DNA of 63,728 nt, filler included, from Lama guanicoe (GCA_013239625.1; 206 parts of 206 records of this genome joined end to end with filler, not necessarily neighbours in it), one strand, 5' to 3'; shown: positions 47,811 through 61,678, numbered from the whole stretch's first letter. Program-made: numbers and translations. Notes: generated by a model not told the origin, from the sequence alone.

Positions 47811-50800
47811 CTAATTTAAAAAAGAAGAAGAAGAAGAGAATATCCAAGAATTGTGGAACCTGTATTAGAATTACATAAGGAATTTTCAAAATTACAGATC
47901 ATGCTCAGGCTACAACCCTNNNNNNNNNNNNNNNNNNNNNNNNNNNNNNNNNNNNNNNNNNNNTTAATTAATTAANNNNNNNNNNNNNNNNNNNNNNNNN
48001 NNNNNNNNNNNNNNNNNNNGACAATGACCTCTTCTGGGATATTTCCAATGCACATTAACCTAGAAGAGGTTCTGGAGAGTCTTTTGGTGAAGAGAGCACT
48101 TAACCTAGGATTTCCCAAATTTATTTGACCACAGAACATTTTGTTCATTTAAGAGCTATGTACATTCCACAGGACACACGTTCTGTGATTCTGTTTTAGG
48201 AGACTATTCTGTAGCAAAGAATGGATTAANNNNNNNNNNNNNNNNNNNNNNNNNNNNNNNNNNNNNNNNNNNNTTAATTAATTAANNNNNNNNNNNNNNN
48301 NNNNNNNNNNNNNNNNNNNNNNNNNNNNNAAAGCAAGTAACAATTTATTATATGTTCTTCCCACATTTTCCTACATATGAGTATATATTTATAAAAAAGA
48401 TAACATTTTGTGAATTCCATTTGCAAGTCTGTTGAAAACAAAACTGTCACATCACGACCACACTCCCAAGCTAATAAATACTGGTTTAAAAAACATTGTG
48501 AAGACTTAACTACAATTTATTTAACCATATGCCTACTGCNNNNNNNNNNNNNNNNNNNNNNNNNNNNNNNNNNNNNNNNNNNNTTAATTAATTAANNNNN
48601 NNNNNNNNNNNNNNNNNNNNNNNNNNNNNNNNNNNNNNNCAGAGCCAGCTTCCTAAGGGCTGGGGAAGAAAGAAATGGATTCCAGCGGCCCAGGAGCACA
48701 GGGGAGACAGGAGATGAGTGCTTGCACAGACCCCCTGGGAGCCCATGAGGATAACCCACCCACCTGTGAAGGGCAGAGGACTCCAACATTTGGATACAAG
48801 TAATAACTTTCCTCGTCCTCTGACTTCATCTTACTTGCTTGTGCTCCAANNNNNNNNNNNNNNNNNNNNNNNNNNNNNNNNNNNNNNNNNNNNTTAATTA
48901 ATTAANNNNNNNNNNNNNNNNNNNNNNNNNNNNNNNNNNNNNNNNNNNNACAGGAGGAGCATAAAAATCTCCAGTAATGGGTTACTTTGGTTTTCATTCT
49001 GGCGTACATTTTAACAGCCTTTGAATGGTCTTTAAACCCTTTTAAAGCCATCATTAGTTTTTCTGTTTGCTTTTAAATTCTTCCATATTTGATTCATATG
49101 CTATCTAAACTTATGATGCAAAGGGAAATAAAAGGACATTTAATTACCTACCAAGTGGGNNNNNNNNNNNNNNNNNNNNNNNNNNNNNNNNNNNNNNNNN
49201 NNNTTAATTAATTAANNNNNNNNNNNNNNNNNNNNNNNNNNNNNNNNNNNNNNNNNNNNAACGGCTCTTTTGAGTAAGTGCTTGATAAAGGCAATTAAAG
49301 CAGAAAGAAGTGTTTACGAGCTTTCACCCTTCAAAATGGCTATAGATCAAATTTATTAGAAATGTAATTTGGAAGAGAAGCTGGCAATACAGTAATAAAA
49401 ATAAAAATGAAACTAATTTATCTTAGAAGTCTATGGTGCTCTTAGCCCTAACCAACCTAAAGATTGTGTNNNNNNNNNNNNNNNNNNNNNNNNNNNNNNN
49501 NNNNNNNNNNNNNTTAATTAATTAANNNNNNNNNNNNNNNNNNNNNNNNNNNNNNNNNNNNNNNNNNNNTTCATCCTCACAGGGCCCTGAATGATGGGTG
49601 CCCCCAGCGCTGGGCAACGCTGGCCGGTGTCGCTGCTCTTGCTACACTCACTGACAGAGGCTCAGATGCATTCAGGGCCCCTTGCATACACATGGCCATA
49701 AAGAGACCGTGTGCACAGATCAGACAGACAGAGATTTCCAGACCCTCCCTCGGAACCTCTTCCTCCCCAGCCTCCCCATNNNNNNNNNNNNNNNNNNNNN
49801 NNNNNNNNNNNNNNNNNNNNNNNTTAATTAATTAANNNNNNNNNNNNNNNNNNNNNNNNNNNNNNNNNNNNNNNNNNNNGCCCCGACCCTCCCTCCTGCG
49901 TGGAAGAGTCGCTGCCCCGTCCTCACAGTCTGATATGAAACCAGTGCCCTTTTCATCGTGAGTCGGGGGTGAGCGTGCGCGGCACAGACACTGAGGAGGC
50001 GCGGCGGAGCGAGTCTGTTCCTCAGGGCATGACTCTGGGGTTTCTTCGTCACTGAGGAGCCTGTCTCACCCTAGCTAATACGCTTCCCTNNNNNNNNNNN
50101 NNNNNNNNNNNNNNNNNNNNNNNNNNNNNNNNNTTAATTAATTAANNNNNNNNNNNNNNNNNNNNNNNNNNNNNNNNNNNNNNNNNNNNCCAGCCAGACG
50201 CCCAGGCGCCCTCAGCCCTGCTGGCCGGATGCTGGGGACGCTGGCTGCTTCCCACCAGAGCAAGACGGGCACAGACAAGCCAGAGGCGTCTGTTTCTGCA
50301 GCCACGAACCTCCGCATCTTTTCTTTCTCTTCTTAAGACTTTTGTAAAAGTATCTTGAAAGCACTCTTATTTTATGGTTCCCATTTTCACTCAGAAATAN
50401 NNNNNNNNNNNNNNNNNNNNNNNNNNNNNNNNNNNNNNNNNNNTTAATTAATTAANNNNNNNNNNNNNNNNNNNNNNNNNNNNNNNNNNNNNNNNNNNNG
50501 CATTCTAGGGTCTTATACATTCTAGGCTCTGTTTCAAGGCTCTCTTGCGTTTTTTGCTCTGCCTGTCAATTTTCCCCAAATACCGCAAACATTATTATTG
50601 TTTTGTAATAGACTTTAATCTCTGATGGCTGGAATCTTCCATCATCACTTTTTTTTTCCTATCATCACTTTTTTTTTCAGCATTTAAAAATTTATTCTCA
50701 ACTATTTCTNNNNNNNNNNNNNNNNNNNNNNNNNNNNNNNNNNNNNNNNNNNNTTAATTAATTAANNNNNNNNNNNNNNNNNNNNNNNNNNNNNNNNNNN

Positions 50801-52669
50801 NNNNNNNNNCTCCAGGTTTAATAAAGAGGCCTGATAAATAGACTGTCAAATAAAGCAATATTACAAAAATGGGTTTTGGAAGAAGTTTCTGCGAGGTTAG
50901 CTGTATATTCAGTGTGTGCCTTTCATTGGTTTCAGTATTTCTATCTCGGCTCAACGTCACGTCCCTTGACCTGCTCTCCATGAAGCTGAGCATGCTCAGG
51001 AGGTTCCCTTCTCCTCAGANNNNNNNNNNNNNNNNNNNNNNNNNNNNNNNNNNNNNNNNNNNNTTAATTAATTAANNNNNNNNNNNNNNNNNNNNNNNNN
51101 NNNNNNNNNNNNNNNNNNNTGCTTTTAAGACAAAGAATTAACTTTAGTGTTCTTATACTGACTTTAAAGTCTGCAAATTTTCTCTGAACAAATTTTACCT
51201 TATTATCAACATAAAATTAACAAAATTTATCAAAACATTATTATTTTAATGCAACCAAATTTTAGCACATCTTAAAATTGTCAAGAATTTTCTTTTTATT
51301 AGTTTTATATTTTTATTATAATATATTAANNNNNNNNNNNNNNNNNNNNNNNNNNNNNNNNNNNNNNNNNNNNTTAATTAATTAANNNNNNNNNNNNNNN
51401 NNNNNNNNNNNNNNNNNNNNNNNNNNNNNATCAGTTACTAATTTCAAAGGATGCACAGAAAGTAAAATATATTTAAGTGAGTCATCTCAAGTTCATTATG
51501 GGTGAAAGATAACAAAATAATTAGCATAACATAAGAATTATCTATTTATATGTATTTTTTTAAACATTTGGGTTAAATTTGGGTTTTTTCCCCCCAAGAT
51601 CTGGCAGGGTGTCAGAAATGTCATGTATTTCAATAATTANNNNNNNNNNNNNNNNNNNNNNNNNNNNNNNNNNNNNNNNNNNNTTAATTAATTAANNNNN
51701 NNNNNNNNNNNNNNNNNNNNNNNNNNNNNNNNNNNNNNNTTCCGTCCATCAGGACTGACACAGACAATGCAGAGCATCAGAAAGCTTCTCCAGAATTTTT
51801 TATAATCAAACTACATTGTTCTGAGTCAACGTAGAATAAGTCATAGTTGCAACTCTGCATGTTTAGCACACAGGGAACGCTTATAAACTGTGTCATGGAG
51901 TGAGTGAATATAGAAAAGGACAGTAAAATTAATAGTTGGGACCCAAGTCNNNNNNNNNNNNNNNNNNNNNNNNNNNNNNNNNNNNNNNNNNNNTTAATTA
52001 ATTAANNNNNNNNNNNNNNNNNNNNNNNNNNNNNNNNNNNNNNNNNNNNTTGAGGAGATTCTCAGACCACCCTGACAAAGCAGATATGACCAGGAGAGCG
52101 AGCGAAGAAATTCTGGAATAATGGAAGTGGAACACGGTTTGATGGGAACTTGGTACTCAAGTGTGTGAAGTGGGGTAATGAAAGGAGAGAGACTGTACTT
52201 CTAAACTGATCAGGGAGGCAGAAACAATTTTGCCCACTGGTGAAGAGGGTAGGAAAGTANNNNNNNNNNNNNNNNNNNNNNNNNNNNNNNNNNNNNNNNN
52301 NNNTTAATTAATTAANNNNNNNNNNNNNNNNNNNNNNNNNNNNNNNNNNNNNNNNNNNNAAGGTGCCCCTAGCCAGGAAGACCTGAGGATGGCTTCCTTG
52401 AGAGGGACAAAAGATACGGCAGACAATTTGTGCCATGTGTTAAAATGGACATTGTAATTTTTGCCTTCTCAGAACCTCTTTCCTTGATAAAGAAAACATT
52501 CCTCTCCTCTCTTTTAAGATGTGTGGCTCAGGATAAGGCTGCCTTCTAATTCCAGTTCTAGGGGTGGGANNNNNNNNNNNNNNNNNNNNNNNNNNNNNNN
52601 NNNNNNNNNNNNNTTAATTAATTAANNNNNNNNNNNNNNNNNNNNNNNNNNNNNNNNNNNNNNNNNNNN

Positions 52670-52879
52670 TTCCACATCAAACCATCAAAAAACTCTTAGA
52701 ACTAATGAATCATTTCAGGAAAGCTACAAGGTACAAAATCAGTACACAAAAATCAGTTGTCTTTCTATACATTAATAATGAAATATCAGAAAGACTTTTT
52801 TTAAATCTCATTTACAAGTGCATCCAAAAAATACCTAGGAATACATTTAATCAAGGGTGTGAAAGACCTGCACACTGAA
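52670..52879 (+). mobile_element. LINE-1 ORF2 (RT region) fragment
   Basis: AAAAACTCTTAGAACTAATGAAT...TACAAAATCAGTACACAAAAATCAGTTG..TTTCTATACA; homologous to 27560-27769. Confidence 0.9.
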
Positions 52880-53289
52880 NNNNNNNNNNNNNNNNNNNNN
52901 NNNNNNNNNNNNNNNNNNNNNNNTTAATTAATTAANNNNNNNNNNNNNNNNNNNNNNNNNNNNNNNNNNNNNNNNNNNNGATTGAACAGTAAGTAATTTA
53001 TTTCCCTATTTATTTAAATGTAAAACACACGTTTGCCTGGCAGAACACATGCCATGAGCTACCTATGATTTTGGCTAACACAGCAAGTGGAAATAATTTC
53101 TGTTAACATATTGTGGACTCTTTAGCCAGTCACAGCAGGCTTTCCAGTGCTAAGTGCACCCTGTTCCACAGGCTTTTTGCGAAAGCAGANNNNNNNNNNN
53201 NNNNNNNNNNNNNNNNNNNNNNNNNNNNNNNNNTTAATTAATTAANNNNNNNNNNNNNNNNNNNNNNNNNNNNNNNNNNNNNNNNNNNN

Positions 53290-53499
53290 AGCCTGTGGAT
53301 CAAGGAGTAATTTTGACTTTCAAGTTTTATTATTTAAGCAATACATTTCTTAAGACTGTAGCTACCATAGGTGGTGATTCCTCTGATGGATCTGGGAAAA
53401 GTAAATTGAAAACCCGGAAAGGATTCAGCAATCTAGGTGCCACTAAGAATATGCATGATTCATGGGAAGAGGCTGAAATATCAGCATTAACAGGACTTT
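53290..53499 (+). mobile_element. Tigger1 (TcMar-Tigger) transposase fossil, DDE region
   Basis: [19 protein letters not shown]...[16 protein letters not shown]...HDSWEE..IS.LTG matches Tigger1 transposase (PMDQGVISTFKSYYLRNTF...DSSDGSGQSKLKTFWKGF). Confidence 0.9.
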
Positions 53500-54529
53500 N
53501 NNNNNNNNNNNNNNNNNNNNNNNNNNNNNNNNNNNNNNNNNNNTTAATTAATTAANNNNNNNNNNNNNNNNNNNNNNNNNNNNNNNNNNNNNNNNNNNNT
53601 GGAATTCTGATCTTTTACCAGCATCTAATTTATTTCCAAACTGTTGGGGTGAAATTGCCAAAAGTTGAAAAATGCATTGTGAGCTGGTAGGATTTGATTT
53701 TGAAGGTGGGGATAACAGAGCCTGTGGTGGAAGCTTGGTCTCCTTACATATTTTAATTCCAAATGGGACTGGAAAAGGCCACAAAGGATGAAGGTTGTCA
53801 TTCAGATGCNNNNNNNNNNNNNNNNNNNNNNNNNNNNNNNNNNNNNNNNNNNNTTAATTAATTAANNNNNNNNNNNNNNNNNNNNNNNNNNNNNNNNNNN
53901 NNNNNNNNNGTGATAACAGAGCACAGAACAGAAACCCACTTAAAACTGAGCACCAGACATCACAGCCCTAAACCGTCCTCAGCCGTCCCTGAATCTAGAG
54001 ATTCCCCGAAGCTTAGTCCCCAAAGCCCCTGCACTGGGGCTGGTTCTCATGTCACGTGGTGCTCCTTCCGCGGCATCTGGTTTCCAAAGCAGCCATGTAA
54101 CATGGGAACACGTTCCCTCNNNNNNNNNNNNNNNNNNNNNNNNNNNNNNNNNNNNNNNNNNNNTTAATTAATTAANNNNNNNNNNNNNNNNNNNNNNNNN
54201 NNNNNNNNNNNNNNNNNNNTTCAACAATTGCATTTTGAATGTAAATAAAGTTAAATAACAAATAAGCCTTGAAGTGTGGATTCAGATTCAGGAGTATCTT
54301 GAGTTCATATCCCCACCACTTCCCAGAGCTCCCTTCTCTTCCCCTAATGTCATTGAAAGAAGTGGGGAAAGTTTATGAACCGAAGGGCATGTTCCATTGC
54401 AAAGAAATCTCGTAGCAAACCTGGGAGCANNNNNNNNNNNNNNNNNNNNNNNNNNNNNNNNNNNNNNNNNNNNTTAATTAATTAANNNNNNNNNNNNNNN
54501 NNNNNNNNNNNNNNNNNNNNNNNNNNNNN

Positions 54530-54739
54530 CCGGCGTGAATTCTGGATTCCCTCTTGGTAGCCTTGATGAAAGCTCCAGCAGCTTCTGCACCCAGGTGGAG
54601 GCCACCTGCTCTACAGGGTGACTCTGGCCATAGGTGACCCTGCCCCACAACACTGCCAGGAGGGGTGGGGAACACAACCCGGAAGTATGGAGAAGTTAGG
54701 GCCTATGGACAAACTCTGACCAATGAGAAACAGAGATGC
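54530..54739. mobile_element. ERVL LTR (LTR16-like) fragment
   Basis: CAGCTTCTGCACCCAGG...ACCCGGAAGT..GGAGAAGTTA...GGACAAACTCTGACCAATGAGA. Confidence 0.5.
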
Positions 54740-55786
54740 NNNNNNNNNNNNNNNNNNNNNNNNNNNNNNNNNNNNNNNNNNNNTTAATTAATTAANNNNN
54801 NNNNNNNNNNNNNNNNNNNNNNNNNNNNNNNNNNNNNNNACCGACCAGCCAGAATGGGTTTTAAGTAAATCCTAGTTTACTGCTAGAATGCAGAAATACC
54901 CACCCGCCTACAGCAACATGCTAACAAGTAACAATGAATACATGTTTGATTTAAAGTTTCAGCAAAAAAAATTACAAACTTCCAGAGCATTCATTTAGCA
55001 TAAATTTTCCTGATATGTAATGTGTAATTCCATTAAAATGTCTATTTAGNNNNNNNNNNNNNNNNNNNNNNNNNNNNNNNNNNNNNNNNNNNNTTAATTA
55101 ATTAANNNNNNNNNNNNNNNNNNNNNNNNNNNNNNNNNNNNNNNNNNNNAAAAAATTAAAGGAGTATCTTTAATTACATTTGTAAGCTTCTAAATTCTAT
55201 AAGTTACTGGGGTCTAGCCTTCCTTGCATACCCTTAAAAATTAATCCCTTAAAAAATAAATATATTCCACACAGTGATCGTTCAAGCATTTTCCTCTGCC
55301 TTCCTGAAATCTTCCAGTCTGCTTGAATGTGAGGGACATTTTTACTTTGAATTTTGGCANNNNNNNNNNNNNNNNNNNNNNNNNNNNNNNNNNNNNNNNN
55401 NNNTTAATTAATTAANNNNNNNNNNNNNNNNNNNNNNNNNNNNNNNNNNNNNNNNNNNNAGGTCCCAGGTCAGTGCCCATTTCACTTCCATCTTCCACAG
55501 AACACAAATCACCAAAGAAACCAAGGTGCTTCCACACTATGTGTCTTCACGGATCAGATTTTCCTCTACCTCTAAGACAGTTAACCCCAAGCATCCCCAC
55601 TCCCTCCTCTTCCTCCTGCGATGGGACGTGCCCGTGCCCTTCGACTCCCTCTAGCCAACAGCTGATGGANNNNNNNNNNNNNNNNNNNNNNNNNNNNNNN
55701 NNNNNNNNNNNNNTTAATTAATTAANNNNNNNNNNNNNNNNNNNNNNNNNNNNNNNNNNNNNNNNNNNNAATGCACCTGTATGGTA

Positions 55787-55926
55787 TAGTTGGGCCCCGT
55801 ATCTGTGGTTCCTCCACATCTGCAGATTCAATGATGCATAGACTGAGCAGTACTATAGTATTTACTGCTGAAAAAATCTGAGTATAAGTGGACCCTCACA
55901 GTTCCAACCTGCATCATTCAAAGGTC
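55787..55926. mobile_element. TcMar-Tigger MITE (MER8/Tigger2-like)
   Basis: CCGTATCTGTGGTT...ATCTGCAGATTCAA...AAAAAATCTGAGTATAAGTGGACCC...TTCAAAGGTC. Confidence 0.7.
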
Positions 55927-56389
55927 CCGAGTACCCTTCCAGGTTTATAACTTATTTAAATATGAACCAGGGGTGCTTTNNNNNNNNNNNNNNNNNNNNN
56001 NNNNNNNNNNNNNNNNNNNNNNNTTAATTAATTAANNNNNNNNNNNNNNNNNNNNNNNNNNNNNNNNNNNNNNNNNNNNATCCATTTATTGTTCGGCATT
56101 TCCTCCCATTAAGAGGCAGGCTCTACTTTTCCAACTCTCGAACGTGGGCCGGCTGCATCACCCACTTGGGTCAGTAGAACTGAGAAGGCTTTCTGGTGTT
56201 CCAGTTCTCAACACGCTTTTCAGAAACACTTGCTTTAGTATAGAAAATTGAGGCTTTAATACTTGATATGAATATTTAATTTTTATCCTNNNNNNNNNNN
56301 NNNNNNNNNNNNNNNNNNNNNNNNNNNNNNNNNTTAATTAATTAANNNNNNNNNNNNNNNNNNNNNNNNNNNNNNNNNNNNNNNNNNNN

Positions 56390-56598
56390 AATGGTTCCGG
56401 AATCCTGAGCGTGAGGAGGTTCCACCAACGGTCGACAGTGCGTGGTTTCTAACGGAATGCCTAAGCTCGTCTCACCTAAGTCTTTTCCAAATATCTCTGT
56501 GCTGGGAATGCTAGGGGAGTTTGCAGGAAGTCCCAGTGAAAGAGGCTGTCTCTGAAAGGTCAGGGAAGTTATTTCTCGGACTTCCCCGAACAGGGAAC
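56390..56598 (-). repeat. Unassigned satellite-like repeat, copy 2
   Basis: Reverse complement ends ...TTAGAAACCACGCACTGTCGACCGTTGGTGGAACCTCCTCACGCTCAGGATTCCGGAACC, versus ...TTAGAAAGCAAGCGCTGCTGTCAGTTGGAGGAACTTCCACACACTCAGGATTACGGATCC in copy 1. Confidence 0.65.
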
Positions 56599-56698
56599 NN
56601 NNNNNNNNNNNNNNNNNNNNNNNNNNNNNNNNNNNNNNNNNNTTAATTAATTAANNNNNNNNNNNNNNNNNNNNNNNNNNNNNNNNNNNNNNNNNNNN

Positions 56699-56908
56699 TT
56701 CGCCGCCGCGCGCGAGGCCTGTGTGCGCGTGCGCGCGCGCGCGCGCGGTCTCCGAGTCCGGCTCCGGCCTGTCAGAAACCCGCGGAGCCGCCCTCATCGC
56801 GCCGGGCCGGGCCGGGCCGGGGCGGTCCCGTGGCCCCGGCCCCGCGCGTCCGTCGTCCGAGGTCTGGGGGTGCCGTGCGGACTCCGCAGGTTCGGGGCCG
56901 GGTACCCG
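56699..56908. promoter_or_regulatory. CpG-island fragment with a (CG)n run
   Basis: Extremely GC-rich; alternating purine-pyrimidine tract TGTGTGCGCGTGCGCGCGCGCGCGCGCG (56720-56747) and (GCCGG)n. Confidence 0.6.
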
Positions 56909-58558
56909 NNNNNNNNNNNNNNNNNNNNNNNNNNNNNNNNNNNNNNNNNNNNTTAATTAATTAANNNNNNNNNNNNNNNNNNNNNNNNNNNNNNNNNNNN
57001 NNNNNNNNACATTAGTCTGTAACTTTCAGACACTCAATGCATAATGGAATTTAGAGTATTGGTCAACTTTGCTTGCCCCAGCAGGGGAATAACGACCACT
57101 CTTTGATTGAACATAGACCTGTGTTTCTGATAATGGGATAGGGGACACGGGTAGGAGGCCCTCTCCCATCTCCTACCTGCCTGTCCAAGCAGTCCTTCTG
57201 GAGGCCCAGATGTGGTGCNNNNNNNNNNNNNNNNNNNNNNNNNNNNNNNNNNNNNNNNNNNNTTAATTAATTAANNNNNNNNNNNNNNNNNNNNNNNNNN
57301 NNNNNNNNNNNNNNNNNNCATCAACAATGAAAGTTAGATGTTTTATTATGGTTAAATCAAAAGAATTTTTGAGGCACAAATTTTCATGATATTTTACACT
57401 TTTTCCTCACACTTGAAGACATAATATTTACTAGAGAATTATTAATTAACCAGTTTAAAATATATTTATTTTTGAAATATAATCTCTATAATCACTATGT
57501 AATTATGTTATTGAGATCAAATTTTAATNNNNNNNNNNNNNNNNNNNNNNNNNNNNNNNNNNNNNNNNNNNNTTAATTAATTAANNNNNNNNNNNNNNNN
57601 NNNNNNNNNNNNNNNNNNNNNNNNNNNNCAGACAAAACAAACCTGGCTAGGTAAAACTTTGTCTTAGAGAGGCTTACTTTTTAAACAAGTATTTAAACAG
57701 TTACAGTGCAGTTTAGTAAGTGCTAAAGTATAGTCAAGGTGCTGTGAAAACCCCAGAAAGGAGATTTTGCGTGTTGCAGAAGGAAAAGGTAACAGTGTTG
57801 GTAAGATTTGAGTTGGTATTTTAAAAATGTAAAAAGTTNNNNNNNNNNNNNNNNNNNNNNNNNNNNNNNNNNNNNNNNNNNNTTAATTAATTAANNNNNN
57901 NNNNNNNNNNNNNNNNNNNNNNNNNNNNNNNNNNNNNNACAAAAAAGAGGTGAAAAACTTCACTAGAAGTATTGAGAAAAATGTCCACATCCTGATAAGT
58001 TTAGATTTTTTTTTTTGCTTATGACAAATATACTTTTTTCTGGATTTCTTGTTTATCTACCAAATGTGAAATATAAAATGTTATTAAATTATTTTCATAT
58101 ATTTAATATTGTTTTTCATATTTCACAAGGAGGAGAAGTGCTGTGTTCNNNNNNNNNNNNNNNNNNNNNNNNNNNNNNNNNNNNNNNNNNNNTTAATTAA
58201 TTAANNNNNNNNNNNNNNNNNNNNNNNNNNNNNNNNNNNNNNNNNNNNGCTCTTGAATGACCTTAGTACCACCTTTCAAGATATCCTTCTCCAGTTTACT
58301 GCCTTCCCCACTAGATTCCGAGCTAGTACACACATAGTCACGGGGGTGTTTAAGAACTATGTCCCACATACTAGTTCTACAGAAACTACACCAGCAGGAC
58401 AAGCTCACTCTAGAGGCACATTAGGCAGGTGAAAAAGATAGCTGAACGGCCAGGAAACNNNNNNNNNNNNNNNNNNNNNNNNNNNNNNNNNNNNNNNNNN
58501 NNTTAATTAATTAANNNNNNNNNNNNNNNNNNNNNNNNNNNNNNNNNNNNNNNNNNNN

Positions 58559-58768
58559 AAACCTGTACACACATGTGAAGAGGAGGACTATTCACAATAA
58601 CTAAAAGCTAGAAACAATCTAAAAGTCTATCAGCTGAATAACAAAATGTGTTATATCCCTATCATGGAATATTATGCAGCCATAAAAAGCGTGAATTACT
58701 ACATGTCACAACATAGATAAACCTCAAAACCATTATGTTAAGGACACATATTATGTCATCTCCTTTAC
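58559..58768 (+). mobile_element. LINE-1 ORF2 end/3'UTR
   Basis: TATTCACAATAACTAAAAG...GAAACAA...AACAAAATGTG.TATATCC.TA..ATGGAATATTAT.CAGCCATAAAAAG. Confidence 0.8.
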
Positions 58769-60728
58769 NNNNNNNNNNNNNNNNNNNNNNNNNNNNNNNN
58801 NNNNNNNNNNNNTTAATTAATTAANNNNNNNNNNNNNNNNNNNNNNNNNNNNNNNNNNNNNNNNNNNNCCAGGAGTCATTTGTACACTCTAGAATCTATA
58901 GTAGATATTAGTAAAAATATATCTTGATGCCTCCTTAAACTACTTATGTTCCGATTTGGCTTAGTAGGATTAAAAAGAATGCAGTGTATTCTGTTGCTGT
59001 CCTGCTCACGGTCCTGAGCGTGGGATACACGGTGCTTTCCTGCACATGATCGTTTTTCTGCAGAACTTTGCTAAGTGTNNNNNNNNNNNNNNNNNNNNNN
59101 NNNNNNNNNNNNNNNNNNNNNNTTAATTAATTAANNNNNNNNNNNNNNNNNNNNNNNNNNNNNNNNNNNNNNNNNNNNTGGTTCCTTAACCCTATAATCG
59201 AACTGATAGGAGGTAATGGAACACCGCATCTGCCCATGTGATAGGGCAGAATTCTTATGCCTTCTCACCTGAGCACAGCAGGCTTGAACCAGCCGGAAGG
59301 ATGAAAAGGTAACTCAGAATATGTGGGGTCCTCATAGCTCAAGAGGATATCGTTATGAAGAAGAGGAAGTATGGGCCCCACAGATTGCNNNNNNNNNNNN
59401 NNNNNNNNNNNNNNNNNNNNNNNNNNNNNNNNTTAATTAATTAANNNNNNNNNNNNNNNNNNNNNNNNNNNNNNNNNNNNNNNNNNNNGCACACACTGTG
59501 GTTGAAGACTAGGCAGGTTGGGAGGGGGCCAGGGGAGATGTGGGAAACAGCAGTGGTCTACTTCCCTGCTGGGCTCCTGTGCCTCATTGATGGCTCATCT
59601 CAACCTTACAAGCCGGTCATTTCCCCTGTTCTGACACCGTGGGGTATCGGCCAGCCCCCATCGAGGGTGGAACCCGGCTCCTACCCAGTCCTGGGGAANN
59701 NNNNNNNNNNNNNNNNNNNNNNNNNNNNNNNNNNNNNNNNNNTTAATTAATTAANNNNNNNNNNNNNNNNNNNNNNNNNNNNNNNNNNNNNNNNNNNNCC
59801 CCCACCTCTGCTGTTTCACCTGGAATTAGCTTCCTAGTCTCCTCCTCCTTCTGGTGCCCCCCCCACCTGTCATTATCCATATCATCTATATTTCTGATTC
59901 TCCACCATCCATGTCCCTGATCCCCCTCCCCCATTATCACGTTCTGTGATGTCTGGCTTGGACCACCTATTCTGCACCGCTCCAAACAGAACCCCCTGCA
60001 GAAATCTTNNNNNNNNNNNNNNNNNNNNNNNNNNNNNNNNNNNNNNNNNNNNTTAATTAATTAANNNNNNNNNNNNNNNNNNNNNNNNNNNNNNNNNNNN
60101 NNNNNNNNCAGGACAGTAAGGAGACTGTGGAACAATCGAAGATGGGACGGAAGAGCCTGGTGGGGCAGGGCCGAGGGGCTGGTGATGGGAAACCCCACCA
60201 GCACCTCTGCGCAGAGACCCAGCCTCACCGCCCTGGGACGGAGCTGCCAAAGCCTCATCTGCCTATAGGGAAGCTTTCTTTTTACTTACCCAACACTTAA
60301 AGGGATCAGTTTGTCTTANNNNNNNNNNNNNNNNNNNNNNNNNNNNNNNNNNNNNNNNNNNNTTAATTAATTAANNNNNNNNNNNNNNNNNNNNNNNNNN
60401 NNNNNNNNNNNNNNNNNNATCCATGAGGAACTGTGATAATTATAACCTTCTATAGTGAATTATACTGTAACTTTAATTTGTTAATAATATTTCTTATAGT
60501 AATAAATGAAATTATTTGACTAACATATGCCATGAGTTGTGCTAAGCCCTTTAGTTGTATTACCTTATGAGGTAGATACAATTTTATTTTCACTTTATTA
60601 TTTTCATTTTATAGATAAATTCAGGCTTNNNNNNNNNNNNNNNNNNNNNNNNNNNNNNNNNNNNNNNNNNNNTTAATTAATTAANNNNNNNNNNNNNNNN
60701 NNNNNNNNNNNNNNNNNNNNNNNNNNNN

Positions 60729-60870
60729 TACTATTATCCCCATTTTGCAGCTGTGGAAACTGAGGCCAAGAGAAGTTAAGCAATTTGCCTGCCTAAGAAG
60801 TTGATGAGTTAAATTCTAAACCCAGGCTGACTGACTCCAGATTCCATTCTCTGACCCACTGCACTCTACT
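60729..60870 (-). mobile_element. MIR SINE
   Basis: TATTATCCCCATTTTGCAG.TG.GGAAACTGAGGC..AGAGAAGTTAAG.AATTTGCC. Confidence 0.85.
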
Positions 60871-61678
60871 GCGTTCTAGAAAGCATGCCTCACTGCTTTC
60901 AAAGAGTTTGAAGTCAGTGTCATTGATTCTCAACTCTGNNNNNNNNNNNNNNNNNNNNNNNNNNNNNNNNNNNNNNNNNNNNTTAATTAATTAANNNNNN
61001 NNNNNNNNNNNNNNNNNNNNNNNNNNNNNNNNNNNNNNGTGGGTCTAACTGGTCTAAGTTTAATGAAATGGAAATGTGACCCAACACGGATCAATGAGAT
61101 GTTAAAGAAAGTTTAATCAGGGGTTTCTCAAAAAGTTTTGCAGTGCCTAAGTAAAACTCGAGGGAATAATAATTAATTTTATTCCTTTATAAACTGACAT
61201 ATCTAAATCTAATCTTTGGAATTTATGCAGCATCTTGCCATGCACCTANNNNNNNNNNNNNNNNNNNNNNNNNNNNNNNNNNNNNNNNNNNNTTAATTAA
61301 TTAANNNNNNNNNNNNNNNNNNNNNNNNNNNNNNNNNNNNNNNNNNNNTCACTTTATTTATTTAAAAAGTCCTACAGCAGAAGGAAGGAGAGCACAGGAA
61401 AAGAAGGTCCACGATGAACTCAGCAGAGTGAGGTGTTTCTGAGACTGGTGCATTTCCCTTTTTGAAACATCAAGTCATATTAAACCTTTTAAAATTAAAT
61501 TTTGAAATGATGTTCCCCAGTCTTTTGAGTGGAATTTTAAAATGTGACAGAATGCAAANNNNNNNNNNNNNNNNNNNNNNNNNNNNNNNNNNNNNNNNNN
61601 NNTTAATTAATTAANNNNNNNNNNNNNNNNNNNNNNNNNNNNNNNNNNNNNNNNNNNNAGCACCTGGCTGGGAGCTCA

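Noticed and set aside
53290..53499. Domesticated TIGD1-like gene
   Set aside because: The frame is open over only 70 codons and the conserved TFWKGF is degraded to TRKGF; consistent with a neutral Tigger1 fossil.
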